Shown: positions 19,325 through 28,282 of the stretch, one piece after another
How the letters are laid out: each line of letters starts with the position of its first letter
Numbering within the stretch: the stretch's first letter is position 1
Assembly: GCA_963678065.2 (NCBI GenBank)
Contig: CAXXVZ010000003.1
Coordinates: forward strand, 1,536,001-1,600,000
Reading direction: 5' to 3'
DNA: 64,000 nt
From: Treponemataceae bacterium
Lineage (GTDB): Bacteria; Spirochaetota; Spirochaetia; Treponematales; Rectinemataceae
Notes under the pieces: model-generated
Told to the model about the DNA's origin: nothing
Database searches by the model: none
The model's input: the letters and a program-made list of their open reading frames with translations, nothing else
Made by a program: the position numbers and the translations under genes

Positions 19325-20437
19325 TCAGAACCCGATGTACTCGGAGTAGACTGACTTGGCCGCGTTGGCGTCCCTCACATTCCTGATGATGGCCCTGCCG
19401 TCGCGGAAAAGCCGGATTTCGAGGGTTTCCGTCCGGAAACTGAGGATAAAGCGGTTGGATTCGACCCGGCCCAGGGGCGCAAGCCTCGCGGCGATCGCGG
19501 CGAAGTCGACCTCGACCGGGTGAGCGGGTATGACCTGGACGGCATCGCGCCCGCACAGGCTCGTCGTGCAGGAAGCCGAGGACGCGTCCAGATACTCGTA
19601 TCTTCCCGCCGCGCAGGCCGGACAGTCGGGGCGGGTCGGGATGCTCACGATATCCGCCCTTCCGCTCCAGACATCGAAGGTGAAAAGCCCAGCCCTGACA
19701 TCGGGGCTGCCGGTCAGAATCTTCAGCGCTTCGGCCGACTGGACGCAGCCGATTATGCCTGTGATCATGGAGAGAACGCCCGCCGTACTGCAGGTCGCCT
19801 GGGTTCCGGGCGGAGGGAGTTCAGGGACAAGGCAGCGGAAGCAGGGCGATCTGCCCGGAATGATGTTCATGCTCATTCCGCTGTCCATGATCGCGCCGCC
19901 GTAGATCCAGGGAATCCCGCGCTTGAGGCAGGCGTCGTTCAGGATGAGCCTTGTCTCCAGATTGTCGGTCCCGTCCAGGACGAGGTCGACATTTCCGGTC
20001 AGCCCCTCGGCGCTCGCGGGGTTGAGGTCGGCCGAGACAGGCTCGATCTCGATCCCGGAATTGAGCCTCCGCAGGCGCGCGGCCGCCGCCTCGACCTTGG
20101 GGAGTCCCTGGCGCGCATCCTCTTCGTCGTAGAGAGTCTGGCGCTGGAGATTGTTGAGTTCGACGTAGTCCCGGTCGACGAGACGGATGAAGCCGACGCC
20201 AGCCCTGCAGAGATTGTCGGCGATCACCGTGCCGAGAGCCCCCATGCCGACGATCGCCACCCTCGAGCGCGCGAGCCTCTCCTGCCCGGCGGCCCCGATG
20301 CCCTTGTACATCGCCTGGCGGGAATATCTGTCCGGGATCATCGGGATGGCCGAGTGAACTGTTTCCGGGGTGGCTGCCCCGGAGGGCGAAATCGCGGCCG
20401 GCGCCGTGGTTCCTATGGTTTCCGAGGGGTCGGTCAT
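19325..20437 (-). CDS. ThiF/MoeB-family adenylyltransferase
   Basis: RYSRQ, GMGALG, NNLQRQ, DGTDN, CFRC...TC...CPAC. Confidence 0.92.
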   Translation of the reverse strand: MTDPSETIGTTAPAAISPSGAATPETVHSAIPMIPDRYSRQAMYKGIGAAGQERLARSRVAIVGMGALGTVIADNLCRAGVGFIRLVDRDYVELNNLQRQTLYDEEDARQGLPKVEAAAARLRRLNSGIEIEPVSADLNPASAEGLTGNVDLVLDGTDNLETRLILNDACLKRGIPWIYGGAIMDSGMSMNIIPGRSPCFRCLVPELPPPGTQATCSTAGVLSMITGIIGCVQSAEALKILTGSPDVRAGLFTFDVWSGRADIVSIPTRPDCPACAAGRYEYLDASSASCTTSLCGRDAVQVIPAHPVEVDFAAIAARLAPLGRVESNRFILSFRTETLEIRLFRDGRAIIRNVRDANAAKSVYSEYIGF

Positions 20438-21594
20438 CTGGTGCCTCCTCTCGTCGCGAACTCGGAGGCGATCGTCGTGACCGCTTCGACGCAGACGTCG
20501 ATCTCGGTCTGTGTCGTGAAAAGGCCGGGGCTGAAGCGTATCGTTCCGCGGCTGAAGGTGCCCATACTCCTGTGCGCATCGGGGGCGCAGTGGAGCCCCG
20601 CCCGGACGGCGATGTCGAAGTGGCTGTCCAGAATCACGGCGGCTTCAAGAGGGTCGACTCCGGCGATGTCGATCGAGACCACGGGCGCGCGTTCGGCCCC
20701 GGAAGGCGGGCCATACTGCGTGACCCCCTCGACCTTTGCGAATCCCTCCATGAGGCTGGCGACCAGGGCGCTCTCCGTTTCGCGTATCCTCTTGAGTCCC
20801 TCATCGAGGATAAAGCGGATTCCGGCGCCGAGGCCCGCGATTCCGGGGAGATTGAGTGTCCCGCTCTCGTAGCGCTCCGGGCAGGATTCCGGCTGGAGGA
20901 GGGATTCCGACTCGGTGCCGGTTCCCCCTTCGACGAGGGGATCGAGGGCGATGCCCGGCGCAATGCAGAGGCCTCCAGTGCCCTGCGGGCCGAAAAGACT
21001 CTTGTGGCCGGGGAAGGCCAGAAGGTCGATGCCCATCGCGCGAACGTCGATGGGGAGGCATCCGGCCGTCTGGGCCGCGTCGACGAGAAAGGCAATGCCC
21101 CGACGGCGGCACAGCTCCCCTATCTCGGCGATCGGATTGATGGTCCCGGCCACGTTCGAGGCGTGGCAGACGACGACGAGCTTTGTTTCGGGAAGGAGCG
21201 CCGCTTCGACCGCGGCGGGATCGAGGCCCCGTTCGGGCGGAGTCGGGACTTTTGTGACGCCGACGCCGCGCGCGCGCAGCGCCTCCAGAGGACGGGCCAC
21301 GGCGTTGTGCTCCATGGAGCTCGTGACGACGTGGTCGCCGGGAGACAGGAATCCCTTCAGGGCGAGGTTGATCGCCTCGGTCGCGTTGGATGTAAAAATC
21401 ATCCGCTCCGGTCCGGGGGCGTTGAAGAGTTGGGCGAGGAGGCACCGCGTCGCATCGACAGTCCGCCCCGCCTCGAGAGACATCCTGTGGCCCGAACGGC
21501 CGGGGTTGCCTCCGCGCTCTCCCAGGTAGGAGGCCGCCGCGTCGCAAACAGCGCGGGGCTTGGGCCAGGAAGTAGCTGCGTTGTCGAAATACAT
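20434..21594 (-). CDS. Cysteine desulfurase-family aminotransferase class V
   Basis: YFDNAATS, DAAQ, GHKSL, VRAGLHCAP. Confidence 0.9.
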   Translation of the reverse strand: MYFDNAATSWPKPRAVCDAAASYLGERGGNPGRSGHRMSLEAGRTVDATRCLLAQLFNAPGPERMIFTSNATEAINLALKGFLSPGDHVVTSSMEHNAVARPLEALRARGVGVTKVPTPPERGLDPAAVEAALLPETKLVVVCHASNVAGTINPIAEIGELCRRRGIAFLVDAAQTAGCLPIDVRAMGIDLLAFPGHKSLFGPQGTGGLCIAPGIALDPLVEGGTGTESESLLQPESCPERYESGTLNLPGIAGLGAGIRFILDEGLKRIRETESALVASLMEGFAKVEGVTQYGPPSGAERAPVVSIDIAGVDPLEAAVILDSHFDIAVRAGLHCAPDAHRSMGTFSRGTIRFSPGLFTTQTEIDVCVEAVTTIASEFATRGGTR

Positions 21595-21697
21595 CACGGG
21601 CTTGATCTCCTCTGGTCGATTATTGCGGAATCCGGTCGGAAAATCCATCGTCGCGAAGCCCGAAAGTCGCCGACTAGCCGCGTTCATCCTTTATATG

Positions 21698-21720
21698 ATA
21701 CCATTAAGGTCTCATTGGTG
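21698..21720. promoter_or_regulatory. Candidate Rrf2 operator, site 3 (between the divergent desulfurase and metB/metI genes)
   Basis: ATACCATTAAGGTCTCATTGGTG; same AAGGTCT core and dyad as sites 1 and 2. Confidence 0.6.
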
Positions 21721-21748
21721 CATTTTATCAATACATGGAGGTGAAAGC

Positions 21749-22730
21749 ATGGAGGGATCGAAAGGATTCGGTACCCGCGCAACCCGTGCGGGTTTGTGTC
21801 GCGACAAGGCAACGGGTGCGGTGAGCATGCCCATCTACCAGACAGCGACATTCAGTCATCCGGGCTATGGCCAGAGCACCGGATACGACTATTCCCGGAC
21901 AGCCAATCCCACGCGCACGGCCGTCGAGGAGGCAGTGGCCGATCTCGAGGGCGGGCACAGAGGCTTCGGGTTTTCGACGGGACTCGCCGCCTGCACCGCC
22001 GTGACTATGCTTTTCTCATCGGGCGACCACGTCATCCTCTCCGAGGATCTCTATGGCGGCACCTTCCGGATTTTCGATTCGATCCTCCGCCGCTTCGGCA
22101 TCGGCGCGAGCTTTGTCGATACGACAGATCCCGACGCCGTGCGCGGCGCGATCGTTCAGGGAAAGACGAAGGCCCTCATCGTCGAGACTCCTTCCAACCC
22201 GATGATCCGCATCACAGACCTTCGGGCGATGGCCGGGATCGCGCGCGAAGCCAACCTGCTCCTCATCGTCGACAACACCTTCATGAGCCCTTACCTGCAG
22301 CGTCCGATCGAACTGGGTGCCGACATCGTCTTCCATTCGGGAACCAAATTCCTCGGAGGGCACAACGACACACTTGCAGGCTTTGTCGTGACCGCCTCGC
22401 AGGAGCTCTCCGAAAAGATCTTCTTCATCCAGAACGCCACGGGCGGTGTGCTCGCCCCCTTCGATTCCTGGCTCATCCTCCGGGGCATCAAAACCCTGCC
22501 GATACGGATGGACAGGCAGCAGAAAACAGCCCGGATCCTGGCCGAATTCCTCGATTCGCATCCGCGCGTCACCGAGGTGTATTTCCCGGAGATAATAGGA
22601 CATCCCGGAGGCGACGCGGAAGAGACTCGGCATCACGGACACGCTGCTCAGGCTCTCGGTCGGGCTGGAAGATCCGGAAGACCTCATCGTCGACCTCGGG
22701 TCGGCGCTCTCGGCATCCCAGGAGAACTGA
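21749..22730 (+). pseudogene. Cystathionine gamma-synthase (MetB/MetI-like) with deletion and frameshift
   Basis: YSRTANPT and HSGTKFLGGH are intact; after GHPG the C-terminal [29 protein letters not shown] continues in the +1 frame, and the ESLGG segment is missing. Confidence 0.85.
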
Positions 22731-22795
22731 TCGATGGCTTTGCGCAGAATGTCGAAAAATTCCGGACCTGTAGCCCGTCTGTCGGACGAAATCGC

Positions 22796-22852
22796 TTGAC
22801 GAGCGATACATATCGCCGTATCATGACTACATGCTCAGTGAGCAATCAGTCA
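22796..22852 (+). promoter_or_regulatory. Sigma70 promoter and TetR operator palindrome over a leaderless start
   Basis: TTGACG-17-TATCAT-6-ATG; dyad TGACT-N3-TGCTCA-G-TGAGCA-N3-AGTCA. Confidence 0.7.
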
Positions 22853-23481
22853 TCAAATCATCTACGCAGAGGACCCGACAGAAAGCCCTGACGCGGCGCC
22901 GCATCCTCGAGACTGCCCTGTCGCTCTTCGCAGAGCGGGGCATCACGGCTACCAGGAGCAACGAGATAGCCGAGGCGGTGGGGATAGCCCACGGCACCCT
23001 CTTCCTCCACTTTCCGACTCAAGAGGCTCTCATCGTCGCCGTCATCGAGGATTTCGGCTCCGGCCTGTGCAGGCGACTCCACGAACTCTCGGTCCAGGGC
23101 GACGGCCTCAAGGCGATGCTCGAGGCGCAACTGCGCGGAATGGCGGAGCGCGAGGCCTTCTACGCCCGTCTTCTTGCGGAGACGAGTCTCCTGCCCGGAG
23201 CCGCCCGGATCGCTCTCATCATGATCCAATCCACGATCTCGTTCCACATCGCGCGTGCCGCGGAGTCAGGCATGCTCGAGGGCAGGATCAAGCGTCAGCC
23301 TGTCCATCTCCTGTTCAATACCTGGATGGGCCTTGTCCACTACTACATCTCGAACCGGGAACTGTTCGCTCCCGGGGGTTCTGTTCTCGAAAACAGGGGC
23401 CCGGAGCTCGTGGAACACTACATGGGGCTCATCGCAGCCCGGGACCGCGCACAAGGAGGAGATATATGGGCAGCAGAGTAA
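22831..23481 (+). CDS. TetR/AcrR-family regulator
   Basis: RILETALSLFAERG...IAEAVGIAHGTLFLHF. Confidence 0.92.
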   Translation: MLSEQSVIKSSTQRTRQKALTRRRILETALSLFAERGITATRSNEIAEAVGIAHGTLFLHFPTQEALIVAVIEDFGSGLCRRLHELSVQGDGLKAMLEAQLRGMAEREAFYARLLAETSLLPGAARIALIMIQSTISFHIARAAESGMLEGRIKRQPVHLLFNTWMGLVHYYISNRELFAPGGSVLENRGPELVEHYMGLIAARDRAQGGDIWAAE

Positions 23482-23663
23482 ACCGCCTCGTCGGGAGGCG
23501 TTGCTACGAGCACCTGGGAGGCGAACTCGGCATCCGCGTGCTCGAACTGTTCGTCGCGAAGGGCTGGGTCGAGCTGGATGAGGGAAAAACAAGCGTCTAC
23601 ATTCTCACTGAGGAAGGGCGCGCGGCCCTCGGTTCTCTCGGCCTGGACATGGACATACGATGA
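23466..23663 (+). CDS. Small winged-helix protein resembling the C-terminal domain of ArsR-like regulators
   Basis: GGAGG RBS; RCYEHLGGELG...LTEEG motif. Confidence 0.65.
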   Translation: MGSRVNRLVGRRCYEHLGGELGIRVLELFVAKGWVELDEGKTSVYILTEEGRAALGSLGLDMDIR

Positions 23664-23744
23664 ACGGCCGCCGGACGGCCAGACATCAGGAGGTATCTTG
23701 TGGAAAAGAATGCGATTAGGGGCCATGATTCGTCAGGTGCCGGC

Positions 23745-23987
23745 ATGAAGATGTGCATAGCCTGCGGGATGCCGATGGAGCGGAAGGAAGACTATCCGCT
23801 CGGCGACGAGACGAAAGACTACTGCGTCCACTGCGCCCGCGCCGATGGCACGATGCAGTCCTACGAGGAGAAGGCGGCATCGCTCGCCGGTTTCATCGTG
23901 AGGACACAGGGATTTGACCCGGCCGTGGCGCGGAATGCCGCAGAAGAAATGATGCGCAGCCTGCCTGCGTGGAAGGCGCATTCCTAA
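23745..23987 (+). CDS. Zinc-ribbon domain protein
   Basis: CIACGMPM...YCVHC...LPAWK; an upstream start at 23700 is possible. Confidence 0.78.
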   Translation: MKMCIACGMPMERKEDYPLGDETKDYCVHCARADGTMQSYEEKAASLAGFIVRTQGFDPAVARNAAEEMMRSLPAWKAHS

Positions 23988-24206
23988 AGTCTATCGGCGC
24001 AGGATCGACCTGCCTCGTGCCCGCGGGCAGCGCTGCTGCCCGCGCTGCCGGGCCCTATCCCGGAAGCCCGGATCTCCGGCGACATCCGCATATTGAACCG
24101 CCCCGGTGGATCGCGTATCTTTGATCCGGTAAGGAGAGATCCACCCGTGAGCAGGGCCGCAAGCGCAGGGTGGCCGTCCGGAAACCAGTCGCTTCAGAGG
24201 TAGTCT

Positions 24207-24299
24207 GTGCTTTTCTTCTTCGCTTCGCTCATCATTCTCGCGATATTCTCGAACAAAATAAGTTCCCGTTTCGGAGTGCCCGTCCTTCTCGCCTTCCCT
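24207..24299 (+). pseudogene. N-terminal remnant of a K+/H+ antiporter (CvrA/NhaP2-like)
   Basis: GAGG RBS + GTG; FASLIILAIFSNKISSRFGVPVLLAF matches the first TM helix pattern, then the similarity stops. Confidence 0.6.
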
Positions 24300-24392
24300 G
24301 AGGCTGAACAAACCCGAGAGAGATCCCCAATTGATCGAGAATCCGGGTGGTGCCGACTGTCGACAGACGCGATACCACCCAGAGGAGCGTAT

Positions 24393-25745
24393 ATGAGTAC
24401 TTTTTTTCGACAAATAGTGATGAGATTTGCAGGAATTGCTTTCAGTCTCGGCCTCGCCTGTGCGCCCGTCGCCGCACAGGCCCCGGCATGCGGCGTCGAA
24501 GGAACCGACGTACTGTCGCTCGCCGCGGAGCTCTCGGGGCCGGAGTACGCGGGAAGACTGATCGGAACACCCGGAGGAGTCAAGGCGGGGGATCTCCTCG
24601 CAGCCCGCCTTCGCGATGCCGGCTATTCAGTCTCGTTCATCGAGTTCACTGATCGGGTCATTTTCATGAAGGGACAACCTCTACTCGAAATTCTCGATGG
24701 GGCCGGGGTCCGGGAGAGCATGCGGTACAGGGTGGATTTCAAGGAATCCATGAGTGGAGGCTGGGAGGGGGGAACAATCGCGGGTCCCCTCCTCGCTGTC
24801 GATTCGCCTCCCCGCACGATCAGGACGGAGGAGGGGAGCAGGTTGGAGACCTATCCCGAAGGTTCGATCCTTCTTATATCGGCCTCTGTTTACAACAAAA
24901 ACTTCGACGAAAAATACCTCGAAGCGGGCGCAAAAGGCATAATCTACGAGTTGACGACCCAGTCCCTCGCGATCAGGGCCATGGCGATAGGTCAGCCTCT
25001 CGGCACCCTCGTCGCGCCAAAGCGGGGACTCGTCAAAATGGCTGTCTCCACGGAAGCGTTTTCCCGATTGCAGGACGCGGCGAAAAACGGGTATCGGGCA
25101 AAGATCGTGAATCCCGGCACATTCAGGGATGTTGCGGGGAGAACCATCGTCGCGTCCCTGAACGGGGACGGGAAAAAATTTACGCCGAAAATCGCGCTCG
25201 TCGCCCACTACGACCACGTCGGTACCGATCCGGACGGGAGTTACTTTCCCGGAGCCCTCGACAATGCATCGGGCGCTTCCCTCGTCACGGACATCGCCGC
25301 GGCAATAGCCCGCACCGGGATCAAGGCTGATTTTGCGGTCATCCTCACAGACGGAGAGGAAGTGGGCTTATCGGGCGCAGCAGCTTTCTCAGGATCGCCC
25401 TCCTTCAGGCTTCCAGGCACAGCGGTGATCAACCTCGACATGGTTGGATCCTCGGCCGATCTGCCCTTCGATGTATCCTCGACAGGAGACAGGCCAAGCG
25501 TCGCCCTCGCTGAATCGGTGGCGGCCCTTCTGAAATCGGCCGGATTCCGGGCGGAGCTGAACAATCCGAACTGGAACGCCGACCATGCTCCATTCGCGCG
25601 CGCGGGCGCCGCCGCCGTTTCCGTGACCGAACGCGACTTCAGCGCTTACCACACTACGGCCGACAGATCTGAAACTCTCTCCGCCGATGAGCTCGGCCGG
25701 CTCGGAAAGGCTTTCTCGGTCTGGATTCTCGGGCGACTGAGATGA
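24393..25745 (+). CDS. Secreted M28-family metallopeptidase
   Basis: Signal peptide; AHYDHVG, GALDNASG, GEEVGL, INLDMVG, DH, YHT. Confidence 0.88.
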   Translation: MSTFFRQIVMRFAGIAFSLGLACAPVAAQAPACGVEGTDVLSLAAELSGPEYAGRLIGTPGGVKAGDLLAARLRDAGYSVSFIEFTDRVIFMKGQPLLEILDGAGVRESMRYRVDFKESMSGGWEGGTIAGPLLAVDSPPRTIRTEEGSRLETYPEGSILLISASVYNKNFDEKYLEAGAKGIIYELTTQSLAIRAMAIGQPLGTLVAPKRGLVKMAVSTEAFSRLQDAAKNGYRAKIVNPGTFRDVAGRTIVASLNGDGKKFTPKIALVAHYDHVGTDPDGSYFPGALDNASGASLVTDIAAAIARTGIKADFAVILTDGEEVGLSGAAAFSGSPSFRLPGTAVINLDMVGSSADLPFDVSSTGDRPSVALAESVAALLKSAGFRAELNNPNWNADHAPFARAGAAAVSVTERDFSAYHTTADRSETLSADELGRLGKAFSVWILGRLR

Positions 25746-25805
25746 GGCTGCACATCCAGGGGATACTCCAGATCCCGCGAGAATCTGTGCATCGGAAAAA
25801 GTCCG

Positions 25806-26798
25806 CTACCCTGCCCTGCGAAGCAGTGTGGCCATTGCCAACGCCGCTGCGAGGGGAAGGTTCACAAAAAGAAAGTTGGCCACCGACAATCTGAATGTGT
25901 CGCTCTTTGTCTGGAGTCGCCTGAAGCGCGCGACATTGTTCCGCATCGGTACGATGGACGCGAGGGCGACGAGGGCGATGGCGGGCAGGGCCCCTGCCGC
26001 GACGGAGAAGGGTATCGACAGAACAGCCGCCAGATGCAAAAGGCCGAAGACGGTGAGAGAGGTCTTTCGCCCCACGCTGACGGGGAAGGTGCAGCGCCCG
26101 TCCTCGCGGTCGCCATCGATGTCGCAGATATTGTTGGCGAGCATTATGCCGGCGATCCCGGCCATGGCGGGGATAGAGGCCGCGAAGAGTCCCAGGAAGT
26201 TCGGCCAGTCGATGGCTACCTCAAACTGTCTACCCGAGACGGAGGCCGCGAAGAAATAGCCGCTCCCCGCGTGTATCATCGCCGCGATGAGCGGCAAAAC
26301 AAAGCCCATGAAGAACCCCGAAACTACTTCTCCGAGAGGCGTGCGCGATAAAGGAAGAGGACCCGCCGAGTACAGGATGCCCGCGCCGAAACAGGCCGCG
26401 CCGAGGACGAGGACGACGGGACCGCTTTCGGCAGCGAGAAGGAGTCCGGAGAGCGTCGCGACCAAAAAGAGGAGGACGAGCAGCGCGCGCACCTTGTTTT
26501 CGGGCAGATTGTGGGCGACGATGGCGTTGTGCGGATTCACGTCGCGCCCTCCTCGGCCTCTTTCTCCGTCTTGTCTGCGGTCGGCGTAGTTGTTGAGAGC
26601 CGTGGTGAGCATGTCGAAGGAAATCATCGACACGAAGAAGAGGATGAGCCGCAGGGGCAGAATATCGACTCCCTTCCATGAGGCCCAGAATGTTCCGAGC
26701 AGGAAGGGGACGAGACTCGCCGCCTTCGTCCTCAGTTCGACGAGGTCGAGAAAAGCCCTGAGCGACATGGAGTTTTTACCGCCGGACCGCGCGTTCAT
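25806..26798 (-). CDS. UbiA-family prenyltransferase (MenA/DmkA-like)
   Basis: LVELRTKAAS, NNYAD, YSAGPLP, LANNICDIDGD; start may be 26768. Confidence 0.85.
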   Translation of the reverse strand: MNARSGGKNSMSLRAFLDLVELRTKAASLVPFLLGTFWASWKGVDILPLRLILFFVSMISFDMLTTALNNYADRRQDGERGRGGRDVNPHNAIVAHNLPENKVRALLVLLFLVATLSGLLLAAESGPVVLVLGAACFGAGILYSAGPLPLSRTPLGEVVSGFFMGFVLPLIAAMIHAGSGYFFAASVSGRQFEVAIDWPNFLGLFAASIPAMAGIAGIMLANNICDIDGDREDGRCTFPVSVGRKTSLTVFGLLHLAAVLSIPFSVAAGALPAIALVALASIVPMRNNVARFRRLQTKSDTFRLSVANFLFVNLPLAAALAMATLLRRAG

Positions 26799-26888
26799 GC
26801 TTTCTTATACCACCGGATACTGCCGGGCTGCCACTCGTAGTGCGCTGCCGCGATTCCCCTCCCTTCCCGTGAGGGATATACTTGGCGC

Positions 26889-28274
26889 ATGTCCGAATTC
26901 CTTGCCAGCTCCGCCGAGCGATCCCGGATATTCAGGGCCATCGCCGAGGCCATACTCGCGAAAAACTTCGACAAGACGATGGCCGAAACCCTATCGCCCT
27001 GGATCGAGGCCGCAACTCCCGCCGACATCGCCCGCCTCGTGGATGGATTCGTCGCGGAAGGGCTCGACTTCTCCCGCCTCAAGCCCCTCGTCTCAGCCCT
27101 CCTCAACCTGTTCCGCCATCCCCTCGAAGCCCACCGCTACCCGGCCGAGCCGGCTCGCGAGCGCTTCCTCTCATCGCTGGTCGCAGAAGAGAGGGCAGCG
27201 CGCAGACTCCTGGATGCGCTGAGGCCCTGTGTGGCCAGCCTCGCGAACCCGGTACCGCCGACGGACCCTGCGTCGCCGGCCTCCGAGGCGCAGGCGCGGG
27301 CTGCGCGGAATGAGGCAGCCCGCGAGGCCGGCGCCATCCTCGAGCGCCTCTGTCGCGTCGAAATTCTCTTCCGGAAAAAAGAGAACATACTCTTTCCCCG
27401 CTTCGAGTCGCGCTTCCCCGAATACCGCTGCGTGCGCCTCATGTGGTCGATCCAGGACGACTTGCGGCGCGAGATCGCCGACTTCGCGCGGCTCCTGTCA
27501 TGTCTCGACCACCCGTCTGTGCGCGGTGAAGGCTCTGATGACGCGCACATGCTGAAGGTCGCGGCGGGCAGACTCTTCTTCGACCTCTCGAGCCTCGTCT
27601 TCAGGGACGAGTGCGTCCTCTACCCTCTCATGGCCAGCCTCTTCGACGAAGGCGAGCTCGAGGAGATGTACGCGGAGGCCCGGGACTTCGGCTTCGCCTT
27701 CCTTTCGGAGCAGGAGGTGGCGGCATACGAGCGCCACGAACCGGGCCTTGAATCGCGGAATGCCACGCCGACAGCGGCGTCGGGTCAGCCTGCAGGGACC
27801 GGGACGGCGACCGGACATGCGGCGACCGTAGCGGCGATGGTTTCCGAACACGCAAAAAAGCCCGGAATACCGTCGAGCTCGGAAGTGAACCTCGGCTCAG
27901 GCTCCCTCTCTCCGGAAATCCTGTCCGCTCTCTTCAGAACCATCCCCCAGGACATGACCTTCGTCGACGCGGACGACAGGGTCGCCTTCTTCACGGATGG
28001 GCCGGAGCGCGTCTTCCCGCGCTCGCGCTCGATCATCGGAAGGAAAGTCGCGGACTGTCACCCCCACGAGAGCGTCGACCGAGTCATGCGCATCGTCGGA
28101 GGCTTCCGCTCGGGCGAGAGCGACCGCGAGAGCTTCTGGCTGACGCTAAAGGGAAGATTCATCCACATCGAGTACCGGGCCCTGCGCACGAAAGAAGGCG
28201 AATACCTCGGCACGCTCGAGATCAGCGAGGACCTGACGGGAAAACGAAACCTCACAGGCGAGAAGAGACTCTAG
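26889..28274 (+). CDS. DUF438-type hemerythrin-like + PAS domain protein
   Basis: RKKENILFP, MWSIQD, MTFVDADD, FPRSRSIIGRKVADCHP, GEYLGTLE. Confidence 0.8.
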   Translation: MSEFLASSAERSRIFRAIAEAILAKNFDKTMAETLSPWIEAATPADIARLVDGFVAEGLDFSRLKPLVSALLNLFRHPLEAHRYPAEPARERFLSSLVAEERAARRLLDALRPCVASLANPVPPTDPASPASEAQARAARNEAAREAGAILERLCRVEILFRKKENILFPRFESRFPEYRCVRLMWSIQDDLRREIADFARLLSCLDHPSVRGEGSDDAHMLKVAAGRLFFDLSSLVFRDECVLYPLMASLFDEGELEEMYAEARDFGFAFLSEQEVAAYERHEPGLESRNATPTAASGQPAGTGTATGHAATVAAMVSEHAKKPGIPSSSEVNLGSGSLSPEILSALFRTIPQDMTFVDADDRVAFFTDGPERVFPRSRSIIGRKVADCHPHESVDRVMRIVGGFRSGESDRESFWLTLKGRFIHIEYRALRTKEGEYLGTLEISEDLTGKRNLTGEKRL

Positions 28275-28282
28275 CCGAACAA

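Noticed and set aside
21560..22891. 443-aa ORF as an intact enzyme with a novel C-terminus
   Set aside because: The true C-terminus is in the +1 frame; the tail is frameshift read-through that overlaps tetR
24207..25745. 512-aa ORF as a genuine antiporter-peptidase fusion
   Set aside because: The peptidase has its own GAGGAG RBS, ATG (24393) and signal peptide; the upstream part is a remnant plus non-coding-like sequence
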